Shown: positions 1 to 11,300 of the stretch, piece after piece
Numbering within the stretch: position 1 is the first letter of the stretch
How the letters are laid out: each line of letters starts with the position of its first letter
Assembly (NCBI RefSeq): GCF_001194135.2
Contig: NC_068994.1
Span: 17,463,484-17,527,483, forward strand
Length of the DNA stretch: 64,000 bases
DNA from: Octopus bimaculoides
Lineage: Eukaryota
Direction: 5' to 3'
Position numbers and translations under genes: made by a program
The notes under the pieces: model-generated
Told to the model about the DNA's origin: nothing
The model's database searches: none
What the model saw: the letters and a program-made list of their open reading frames with translations, nothing else

Positions 1-119
1 TTCTACATTTTTTTTTTCTAAAGGTTAACTGTTTTTCATTTTTTAACTACCCTTACAATGTTCAGTAATGTAATTTTACTTCCTGTATGCCATGAAGTCA
101 AAAAACATCAAGCACAACA

Positions 120-131
120 TGCACGTATGTA

Positions 132-166
<35 letters not shown>

Positions 167-525
167 ATATATATATATATATGTATACGTGCGTGTACAT
201 TTGTATGTATTCTGCATGTTCATGTGTATGTATGTGTGTGTATTTGTGTATGTACCTCTGTCTACTTGTGTGCATGTTTGAGTGTGTTTATGTGTATGGG
301 TTTGTGTGACTATGCGTCTGTTATGTGTGGATGTGTGTCTCCATGAGTCCTTGTGTGTGTGTATGAAGTGTGCGAGTGTGTATATAGTCATGTATTCCAG
401 TCTTCATTTGTGTATGTACGCATATGTCTGTGCTTATCTGTCTGTTTTATCTATGTACCTATTTATCTATTTATCTACTTACATATCTATTTACACACAC
501 ACACACACACATATATATATAAACT
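120..525. repeat. Compound (GT)n/(AT)n microsatellite and low-complexity region
   Basis: Direct reading. Confidence 0.9.
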
Positions 526-551
526 GTGGGTATTGGGGTATGACTACCTTC

Positions 552-1310
552 TACGTGTATTTCTGATTTAGTACTGGGGATGTTACATTCATGAGGACGT
601 ACTCCTGTATTTGTCTGAGTGTTGGGTCCTTTGGGTGCTTGGATAAGATGCGGATGTCACGTTGACCCAGGTTGCCTCCATGTTGGTCTTTTGTATGCTG
701 GTAGAGTATGGAGGACTATTTTCTGTCATCATATTGTCTTAAATGTTTATTTAATCTCTCTGCAATGCTTCTAGATGTCTCACCTATGTATATCATGTTC
801 TTGTCTTTACAAACACCTTCTATGTACCTTATGCTGTAGACTACATTTCTAGTTCTACAGTTAATGCCAGGGTTAATCTTACATACCATGCAGTTATCAT
901 TGGTGCATGTGGTATTCTCAAAGCTCCATTAGATCACACCTATGTAGGACACACCCCTTTGAGAATACCACATTGAGAATACCACAACGATTTTAATGTT
1001 GAGTTTGGCCTCCTTCAGAGCTTTCTTAAATCTTTGGGTTAGTTCTCCATGATATTTTTCAGTATTGTACCACATGTTCACCCTGTTTGCTTTGTCACAT
1101 TCTCTTTGTTATCCTGTTCCAGTTTTTACTTCTATATCTAGGGCAGATACCACTGGTTTCATTACATATAATGCTATCTAACTTCTTCTTAGCTCCCCTA
1201 TATACCCAAACCCTATGTTTCTGGTCATATCCAGAGAATTGCATGCGGTGCATGAAGTTCTGTACATGTTTCTTTGTTTCATAGGGTTTGCATAGTGGGT
1301 TCTTGAGAAA
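552..1310 (-). mobile_element. Penelope-like retroelement 3' fragment (RT thumb, Cys linker, GIY-YIG endonuclease), pseudogenized
   Basis: Minus translation FMHRMQFSGYDQKHR...PRYRSKNWNR, then CTNDNCMVC...NVVYSI...IYIGETSRSIAERLNKH...*SSILYQHTKDQH; internal stop and a micro-inversion. Confidence 0.85.
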
Positions 1311-1570
1311 AGCACTTTGTTTCATGTTGCTGCAGTCCACTCAGCTGTAAATAAGTTCCAGCAATAACTGGAAAGCTAACCTGGCAAAGGACTTGTACCC
1401 TCTTCAAAGGGTGTGGGGAATATTGTGCCTCAGTCTCTTATTCTTTGTGGAAACCATTTTGAGTTCTGGTCTTACAAGTCCTGGAGCTCTTGTCATACTT
1501 CACAAACAATATTGCAAATGACTAGATTAAATATTCCCATGTTAACAATATTAAAATTGCTCTTTTTGCA

Positions 1571-1793
1571 TTAATACTGGTTTCAAATTTTGGCATAAGG
1601 CCAGCAATTTTGAGGGATGAGGTAAGTTAATTACATCAACCCCACTGCTTAATTGGTACTTATTTTATTGACCTCGAAAGGATGAAAGGCAAAGTCAACC
1701 TTGGTAGAATTTGAACTCAGAATGCAAGGACGGACGAAATACTGCTAAACATTTTGCCCAGCGTGGTAACAATTCTGCCGGCTCACTGCCTTC
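1571..1793 (-). mobile_element. tRNA-derived SINE (GGCAGTGAGCTGGCAGAA family)
   Basis: A box TGGCAGAAT, B box GTTCAAATT, 3' GGCCTT.TGCCAAAATTTGAAACC; more than 10 copies in the window. Confidence 0.8.
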
Positions 1794-4737
1794 TTGCAGT
1801 AATATTATTTTCCTCTAAGCACTATCAATTCTAAAAACAACACTCCGCTGTATTCTACTTCCTATGTTCTCATAAATTCAATAATATCAGAGAGAAGTAG
1901 GAGGAGTTAAATAAAAATGTCTATATAGGTACATTAAAAGAAAAACAAATATTTCTTTCACTTTTGTTATTCCTTCATGTTTGCTCTATCTTTCACTCGC
2001 TCTCTCTCTCTCTCTCTCACGAACACTGGCTGTATTTATTTAATTCCATCTATTCATCTGTTTCTGTATATCTACCTGTCTGCCTGCATACCTACCTGCT
2101 AATTCTTCCTCCTGTTCTCTCTCTCAGGGTTGTTCCACTTTTTTTTTTTTTTTAATCACTCCATTGTTAACTAGATACTGCAACGAGTTATATCATCAGC
2201 CTAACCTCTTAGCAAATAAAAATATATGCACTGACCCTCCAATCTGACTGGCAGCCAATGCTGTTTATATTTAATTATGATTTGTCAGTGAAGGAATTTG
2301 TTTAATGATCTAAAACTTAGCTATGCTCCATAACATTTTCAAATGTTATAGTTGACTTGCTACATTTCATCAAGCTAATTTCTTTAATGCCTTTGATTTC
2401 ACCTTGTTCGTTTAATATCTTTTGTGTTGTTAGCTGGCAACACACTCTTGCTGTTTGCCTTGCTTGCTTTTTGCTTTTGCATTCAACTGATTTCCATCAA
2501 TAAACAATCCACTTTTATACAGTGCCTTCTCTGTCTTATTCAGTTAATGTAAAGCTTGTAATTCTTAACAAAAACCATTTTACTATTTCTTTTCTCCATT
2601 CCAACCAATTTTTATATAATTTGCCCATTGACTTATCTAACTCTCCTGTTAATCTCTTTTATTGCTTTAAGCATTATTCTAAGTATTTTTTTATATATAT
2701 ATTTATATTTTGCGAACAACACCATCGTTGGTTGCAGGTTTCCAACAGATCAATCACTAGTTCACTCCATATATTCTGTGTACCCTTTCAACTGAAATAT
2801 GTATCACTGCATGACACAAAATATCATGTAATGCCCCTTTAACCCCATAGCATTTACATTTTTCTCTCTAAAGTAATGCTTATTTATTTCACATTGTTTT
2901 GAATTAATCATGTATTATCTTGTAACTTTGAGATTCTGCTGAGGTAGCTGTTAATTTTTAGAATAATATTGTAGGGTTGGTGTGAGAGACTAGATCTGAT
3001 CAGTTTGAGCATAAAACAGGTAGAATATTTTGGTCAGATATGACTGGTTTAAATGCTAAAGGGTTAAGGATTAGACTGCTACTTAAAGCTTTGTCTCTAT
3101 GTAGAAAGGTATTCAAGGAAGTCATGCACTGCAGTGGTTTTGTTTGATATCTCAGACCCACATAAGATTTTGAACTCAATACTGCAAGCTAAGGTAACAC
3201 TTTGTTCATTGTCTGCTACTTAAAGTACTTAAACTGTACTTTTACTATGGTACTTTATATCTTAGTGAACTGAACTTTAAAAAGTTGAATATTTTTTCCA
3301 CAGCACACATATACCATTGTAAGGGAGGGGATGTGAACCATTGACCTTTCAGTCAATAAGCTAACACCTTAGTTATTCATGCAACTCCTGTGCTTCTATG
3401 TAGAAAAGTTACATATTTCTTCATTATATTTTCTTAATATTTCAAGTTTGTATTATCTGAAACATTTCCTGAAGGCAGGCTAATTAGATCAGCAATTATC
3501 TTCTGGCTATTACTTTATTATTTATGTTTCTTTATCATCATTCAAAAATATAATGATGATGACTAATTTGTTGCAATTAAGAAGGACATCTAGTCAGTGA
3601 AAAAGCTACTTGATTTATCTCTGTTCTGCTAGACATCACTATTAACATAGATATTAAAACAATCAAGAGTTGGCCTATCATCTTATAATGTGGATAGCAT
3701 TAGCATAACACTTTATGCTAATACTATGGTACACAGGCCAGCAAGAGATCTACTTAATTATTCAGCATAGTCTGTATAGAAGCCAAATCTCTCTCAACAA
3801 ATTGAAATTATATATCTCAAGTCTAGATTTTAGAGCAACGTTTCCCAGAAGAAAAACGGGATGACCAACAGTTAGAATACTGGTCATATTATGACGATTT
3901 TTGACCCAAACAGATGTGTTGTGAATTGTACATCTACTTATAATCACTGCTAGACATGTGAGCTGCTCCCAAACTTTGTATATATTACTACCCTGTCTCC
4001 CTACTATTGGTCTACTCAAGCATTTCAGAGATATGTACATAGTTCTGTGGAGGAAATTCAGATATTCAGATGGAGTCTAGGAGAGTGGAGACTCAGAAAA
4101 GCTAATAAGCAAGGAAGTGTAGATACACTAAGAGGGTTTTAGTGAGGTCAGGTACCCAGAAAGTAGTTCAAAAGAACAAATATTGTTATGTTGGTGATAG
4201 AAGAGACAAAGAGCAAACTCTGTTGGGTGATGATATCATCATCATCATTTAACATGTGTTCTCCATGTTGGCATGAGTTGGACAGTTCAAGGGATATGAT
4301 AGTAAAATTCCCTTTTAAGTAGTACAAGGTAGATAGGCCAGATTTCAGAGGAGTTTCACAATGGCTTAGTAGTAGTATAATCTACATAAATTGCTAGCTA
4401 CTCACCAGCATACAGTTTTAATTTTAAAATCCTCTTGAACATTTAGGTTTTCAGAAAGAAGTAGCTGGCAATCATAATGAACATTGTGGCTGCAGTTTCG
4501 AATCTTGCCTAGGTGGACACAACCTTTCCATATTAAGTATATGCCAGATTATATAGCCATGGGGTGTTGATCTGATAGGGAAATGATACCTCGCCCGGAA
4601 AAAGGTTGGCAACGGAAAGTGCATCTGATTGTAGAAAATCTGCGTCAGTGAATTCCATGTGACCCATCCAAATATGGAAAAGTAGATGCTAAATGATGAT
4701 GATGATGATGATAATGATGATTGTGTGTGTGTGTGTG

Positions 4738-5135
4738 ACATGTAAAAAACACCCGTGCTGGTTCCACATAAGTACCTGTGCTGGTACCATGTAATACGCA
4801 CCCACGCCAGTGCCACATAGAAAGTACCTGTGCCAGTGTCACGTGAGAAGCAGCTATGCCAGTGCTACATAAAATGTACCCGTGCTGGTGTCACATAAAA
4901 AGCACCCATGCCAATATCATGTAAAATGCATCCGTGCTGATGTCATGTAGAAAGCACCCATGCTGGTGTCACACAAAAAGTGGTTGGCATTAAGAAGGAC
5001 ATCCAGTCATAGAAACCATGCCAAAACAGGAAATTGAAGTCTGGAACTTCTCTCCAGCTGGCCAGTTCCTGTCAAACTGTCCAACCCATGCCAGCATGGA
5101 AAATGGATGTTAAGTGGTGATGATGATGATGATGA
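4738..5135 (+). mobile_element. RTE 3' UTR-derived repeat with an expanded internal minisatellite of about 27 bp
   Basis: About 8 degenerate units of GTGCTGGTGCCACATAAAAAGCACCC, then the family tail and (GAT)n. Confidence 0.7.
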
Positions 5136-5890
5136 GACAATATTGATAAAATGATCTATAAATATTCAGTGCAGAGTGAGTATAAAATATTGATTTTTGG
5201 TATAAAGAACGTAAACTATAAACCTGCTTCATTAAAACTATTAGTCAATAGCTGGTAAGATCTTTATCTGACTGAACTGGTTATCAATTTGTATGATATA
5301 TAGGTGCTAATGCTGCAATGTCGCTTCACTCTTGACTTGATTGCGCTTGCTCATATTTTAAAGTCCCTCTACGTGATGTTAATGAAGACTGTAGATGGCT
5401 GAGCTGCTAGAGTGTTGGGTAACCAACTGATAGCTTGCGGGCTGCTCATATCTCTTCTCACTATAGCAAAGACATTTAAGCTCCCATTAACATTGTTGTC
5501 TTAGTTATAAGTAGGTGTAACAGTGGAAGTTTGACTCACTGCAGTGTTGTAAAACAGATTATTGGATGCAACTCTTCCCAACAGTATAACTAGAAGACTG
5601 ATAAGCCAACAAGGGAGCTTCTACATGGTCAATCAACTTGCTAGATATAACAGCCAACTCTCCCTCAAATCACACCATAATATCTTAATGAAAAGAAACA
5701 TTGAATAATATTAGTTCACTCCCACTGCATGGCATCTTGGGCAACTGTCTTCTACTATCACCCCAGATCGATGAAAGCCTTGTGAGTGGATTTGGCAGGC
5801 AGAAACTGAAATAGGCATTTTGCACGCACGCATGCTCACACACACACACACACACACATGCATGCATACACATGTGCATATGCATGTATG

Positions 5891-6182
5891 TATCAAAACG
5901 AGATTGGAAAAAATGTTTAGTATTTATTCACCATTACACATATTTCATTTCCCAATAAGTGTTAGAGGGTGTACATGTAGAATAAACATGTGCAGGACAT
6001 CTATTAGAAATTCATCAGACAGACAATCAAATAATACAAACTTTACATTTGGATGAGTTTCTAATAGATGTCTTTTCATGTTTATTCCCACATGTACATT
6101 TTGTAACTCCTATTGGGAAACGAAACACATGTAATGGTGAATAAATAATACCAAAAAGTTTTTCCAATCTTCTGTTTTGATA
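5891..6182. repeat. Foldback element (about 125-bp arms, 35-bp spacer), TA-ended, MITE-like
   Basis: TATCAAAAC...CTATTAGAAATTCATC pairs with GATGAGTTTCTAATAG...GTTTTGATA. Confidence 0.85.
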
Positions 6183-6202
6183 TGATCACTCTACAAAAAC
6201 TA

Positions 6203-6413
6203 TACTCTTTACTCTTTTACTTGTTTCAGTCATTTGACTGCGGCCATGCTGGAGCACCACCTTTATAGTCGAGCAAATCGACCCCAGAACTTATTCTTTG
6301 TAAGCCTAGTACTTATTCTATCGGTCTCTTTTGTTGAACCGCTAAGTTACGGGGACGTAAACACACCAGCATCAGTTGTCAAGCAATGCTGGGGGGGACA
6401 AACAGACACACAA

Positions 6414-6464
<51 letters not shown>

Positions 6465-6634
6465 TACATATACATACATATACGACGGGCTTCTTCCAGT
6501 TTCTGTCTACCAAATCCACTCACAAGGCTTTGGTCGGCCCGAGGCTATAGTAGAAGACACTTGCCCAAGGTGCCACGCAGTGGGACTGAACCCAGGACCA
6601 TGTGGTTGGTAAGCAAGCCACTTACCACACAGCC
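6203..6634 (-). mobile_element. tRNA-derived SINE (family with internal (TA/TG)n tract and GAGTAAAA tail)
   Basis: Minus head GGCTGTGTGGTAAG...GGTTCAGTCCC with A/B boxes; near-complete copy. Confidence 0.85.
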
Positions 6635-7224
6635 CCTTTCAACACTTACGCATGCCGCACATAAATATAACATCTACAGTTTTGGAGTACTGGAACACAT
6701 AGATGTGCTTCATAAGGACACAGCACCCTGTTCTGCTCTAATTTAATCTACTTGATTATATTTCAGTTTCAAGTGATGGATGTATATATGTATACATTTA
6801 TTGTTTGCTTGTTTGTCCATCCATCTGTCTCTTCCTCCCTTTGACATTGCTTGATTGCTATAAATGAATGTTGTTCATCTCCAATATTCTGCAAAACATG
6901 TCTTGCCATGGGGAAATATCACCTTGCTTGGAAACAGTTGAGGGCTGGTAACAGGAAAGGCATTTGGTCATTATCCATGCAAGCGTAGTAAAATGGACAT
7001 TAAAATAACACCTTGCATCTGAAAACTCATGCTGGGAATGGTCATGGGTGAAATGTCTTTGATCACAGGTCAGCCCATGCATGGTTGACACGGAGCTAAA
7101 CAACAGCAACTAAAAAACTTTGGTGTCATCAAGACAACTTAGTTATACACAAGCAGAAACCGGTTTGATGATCAGGGATGAATATAAAAGAGATTACAGT
7201 TTCAATTTGTATGCAATGTCACAT

Positions 7225-7264
<40 letters not shown>

Positions 7265-7755
7265 CCTCTCTCTCTCTCTCTCCCTCCCCCTCTCTCTCTC
7301 ACTTCTTCTTCTTCTTCTTCTTCTTCTTCAGGCAAAAAATCCTCGTTGGCATCATCATCACTTTTACATGTTCACATGTGTTAAACGGAATTCATTGTAG
7401 TAGGTTGGGTTTTTTTTTCTATACCAACATACCCTTTTTTGTTTCTAAGTATTTCCCTTTGGTCAGGCAGTTTGCAAGGGGGACAGAACAAATAACAATC
7501 ACTTGTATAATGATGCCACTAGCAATTGTCATACGCTGCCAAGACAGAGACGCTTACACACACACACAACTATACAACAGGCTTTTTTCACTTTTCATCT
7601 ATCAAATCCACTCACAAGAATTTGGTTAACCCAGGCCTATAGTAGAAGACAATTGTTCATGTTACCACACATTGAAAATAAATCCAAATCCATGCATGCA
7701 TGTAAGTCATTTTCAGGAAGAAAATAAAAGCCTAGCAGGAATTATTAGAGATTCT

Positions 7756-7977
7756 AAGGCAGTGAGCTGGCAGAATCATTAGCATGCCAGGCAAAATGCT
7801 TAGTCTCATTTTGTCCATCTTCATATTTAGAATTCAAATTCTTCTGAGGTCAGCTTTGCCTTTCATTCTTTCAAGATCGATAAAAAAGTACCAGTTGAGT
7901 ACTGGGGATCAATGTAATCAATTTACCCCCTCCTCCACAATTGCTGGCCTTATGCCATAACTTGGAATTATTATTAG
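7756..7977 (+). mobile_element. tRNA-derived SINE (GGCAGTGAGCTGGCAGAA family)
   Basis: Full head, body and ATT tail. Confidence 0.8.
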
Positions 7978-8239
7978 AGATTCTCAAAAAAAAAGGGGAC
8001 ATAATTTCAAGAATTCAGGAATTAATTTCACAGAAAATTTTACAGCAAATATCTAAAGGAAAAGTAACAGCTGCAGACATGTTTTGACCTTATTGGAGTT
8101 CATGAGTGAACCATAGAGTTCTCAAACCCACTTGATTTGTGAAAGGAGATTTTAAACACATAGAAATATCTCACACATTTAATGTGAACATTGCCATTCT
8201 TAATAACAACAAACTTTTATTTTCTTTCTTCCAATCCAG

Positions 8240-8378
8240 GATGAAATCAAAACTACCAATGATGCCCTACAAAAGTCCTGTGCCCCACTACTGGAAAGGG
8301 GAGAAGAACTTATCCATTGCCGAAAAATACAGAAGAACATTGCCTCTGCAATCGAGAGCTTATCCTTATGTTTGCCTG
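8240..8378 (+). CDS. EXOC6: EXOC6 exon: DEIKTTNDALQKSCAPLLERGEELIHCRKIQKNIASAIESLSLCLP(V)
   Basis: ccaatccag|GAT ... CCT G|gtaagt; 139 nt; phase 1 joins TG of the next exon (Val). Confidence 0.93.
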
Positions 8379-11300
8379 GTAAGTGAAATATTGAGTGTGG
8401 TGTGGAGTACAATTTTTCTTCATTTTCCTTTTTACATGTGCATGATTTGCATTTTACTTATAGCATTTAAATACAAAGAAAAAGTAAAAGAGAAATAAGA
8501 AATTAAAAGAAAGAAAAAGAAAGGGGTGGTAAAGCAGCAAAATATGGAGTGGGGTGATGGGCTACATATCCCAGAACAAATGGTGTGCTCAGCCATGCCC
8601 TGTGCTAATGACTGCAGTGGCATTGCCATGGAAAATGGTTACCGACACTCGTTGCAGCAGCTATTCCACCTTACAGGGTTCACTTCTCTGACAGGCTACT
8701 GTTATCTTGATTTTGTGGAAGAAATCAGTTGTAAGGGGTCCTAGAACACCTGATGTCTCAGTGGCAACCGGCAACAATTGTTTTCTCTTGATTTTTCTTC
8801 TCATTTCTTAATTTTCTTTATGCTTCAATCAGCATTATTGACTTACTTCTAACAAATAATTACACCAAGTACTGTTAGAATGTCTTTTAAATAAATGATT
8901 TTCTAAACAAGGCTGACGTATTTTGATTCACCGTATTGCTAAGACATACTTAATTGGATTTCCAAACTTGATTTTTTGTTAAAGCTTAGGTTTTGATATT
9001 TCATTTTTATGCACTTCATTTTCAATACTCAAACAGCTATCCTTGATCAACATCTCACCACAGTAGGCTTCCAAAGTTACTAGCAGCAACTTCTCTTGAA
9101 AATAGACAAAATTTGGTTCAAGGTGTTATCACGTACCTGTAGAAAAATGGTTTAGCCCTCAAGGACATTCATGCTGACATGGTTGCTACATTAGGTGATG
9201 ATGCTCCAGCTTTATCAACTGTGCAAAAGTGAGCAGCTGAATTTAGGAGGAGAAAGGAAAGCCTTCAAGATAACCCAGAGTCTGGACGTCCTGCAACCAC
9301 CACCACTGAGGAAAACATTGATCATATTCACCACATAGTGATGGATGATAGGCGATTGACTGTAAATCAAGTAGCCAATGCTATTGGCATATCCCATGAG
9401 AGAGTTGAGAATATTCTGCCCAATGAACTTGGCATGACAAAGATTTCTGCTCAGAGGGTACCATGTCTTCTGACACCTGATCAAAAGTGCACCAGGTGGA
9501 TTACATCGCAGGAAAATCTGACATTGTTTGAGGCAAATCCAAGTGGTTTCCATGAATGTTTCCTATCCCAAGATGAGTGTTGGGTTCATCACTTAGAGTC
9601 AGAGACAAGGAGACAATTGTGTTGTGGAGTCACCCCTCCTCACCTACTTCAAAGAAGGTCAAGGTCATTTCATCTGCAGGGAACATGATGGCCTCAGTTT
9701 TTTGGGATGCAAAAAGCATTGTGTTTATTGACTATCTTCAAAAGAGCCACACTGTCAGTGGAGAGTACTATGCCAACTTGGCTATCATGATCCAATGCTG
9801 AGGGAAACTGATGAAAGAGGGTGTTTTTCATCAGGACAGTGCTTTGAACTGGTTGATCACCCTTCCTTTTCTCTTGATTTCGCCTCATCTGACTATCTTC
9901 TGTTTCTTAACATGAAAAAATACTTGACTGGGAACCAGTATCGCAATGGCAATGATGTCGTATCTGCTGTTGATGACTTTTTGTAACCAACAGGATAAAA
10001 GTTTCTTCACCAGTGGGATCCAAGCATTGCAACACTGATGGAAGAAGCGTGTGGACCACAAAGGGGACCATGTTGAAAAATAAACCCCATTTGATCACAT
10101 TCCATGAGAGTATCTTGGTTAACTTATGGACTTTTCAGCCAACCCTTGTATACTGGCGTGCATTAGATAGATTGTCACAGTCTAAGTCCATCATTCTCTT
10201 ACATTTGCCATCTGAACCATTCATCACTCTTGTTATTACTCTTCTCTACTTCAAGCCACTTCCCCTCTCCCCAAGTGACACATTACTGATGTCCATCACA
10301 CTCTCTTGCCAATGACCATTTCTATATCTATTCTATCACTAACCATAGCTCTAGCTAGCAAACATATATCTACTATTAATATCTGATTACAAACTTCAAT
10401 AAGTGTCTCATTACACTCTGGCTTTGCTGTCTCTCTTCCATTCATCCTTCTAGCACTTTCCAATCCCTGTTTCGCCTCTTCATCCTGTTGTGTCATATTA
10501 GTTCATCTTCTGCGATTACCCTCTTTTCTACCCTCTCCTCTGTTGGTCACATTGTTCAGAACTAACTGAAACAACATAAGAGTTGTGAGTCCCTTTTATT
10601 TGGCAGAGCTCAAGGTAAGCTCATTAGTATTGGTGGGTGATACAATACAGTGTACTCAGTACACTCTGTAAAGTGGTTAATGAATGGACAGAGACAATGT
10701 CAGGTTGCAAGGACCTTCTAGTCTTGTCAAGAAGACGATAACCTTTCTAGTGTTAATGTTGCCATAAAATCCAATTGTGAATTAGTTGGTGTTAGCAAGG
10801 CATCAAGATGTGTAATGTTAGTATCCATGAAAGACAGAGAACAAATGAATTGAGTGAGAAACTGTATACAAGAGGAATCGAATGTAGTGTACAAAAGAAG
10901 AGACTGCTGGTACATGCATGTGATGTATACGGAAGATGACAGCTGTATAAAGACGTGCAAAGTGTTTAAAGTGGGTGGAATTTGTAGAAGGAGGCCCAAA
11001 ATGGTATGGGATGAAGAAGCCAAGACTGATTTCAGAACATTTAGTTTCACAGAGACAACAAAGCACTGAAATGATTGCCAGCTCACCACCTTGATGTGAA
11101 TACACACACACACATGCACATCCTCCTCCCCATCATCATCATCATCACACTTCCATTTTTCACTGTTTGTTATATGTTTATAATGCCAGGCGTGGCTGTG
11201 TGGTAAGAAGCCTGCTTCCCAATCACATGGTTCCAGGTTCAGTCCCACTACATGGTACCTTGAGCAAGTCTCTTCTTCTATAGCCTTGGGCCAACCAAGG

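Noticed and set aside
58-571. Multiple ORFs with VC/HT/YI runs
   Set aside because: Translations of (GT)n/(AT)n microsatellites; the same applies to the ORFs at 23017-23461, 48164-48529 and 51867-52170.
3762-4040. 92-aa minus-strand ORF
   Set aside because: No recognizable motifs or splice context; probably chance or very old repeat.
4738-4980. Array of about 27-bp repeats, superficially CRISPR-like
   Set aside because: No unique spacers, degenerate units, no cas genes, and it is internal to an RTE 3' UTR repeat in a eukaryotic genome.
1-8239. Search for the missing N-terminal EXOC6 exons
   Set aside because: No match to the expected HD.EIE.MCN.H.QGF segment was found by eye; these exons are presumed upstream of the window.
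8139-8498. 119-aa ORF in the track
   Set aside because: Wrong frame; the real EXOC6 exon 8240-8378 reads in another frame.
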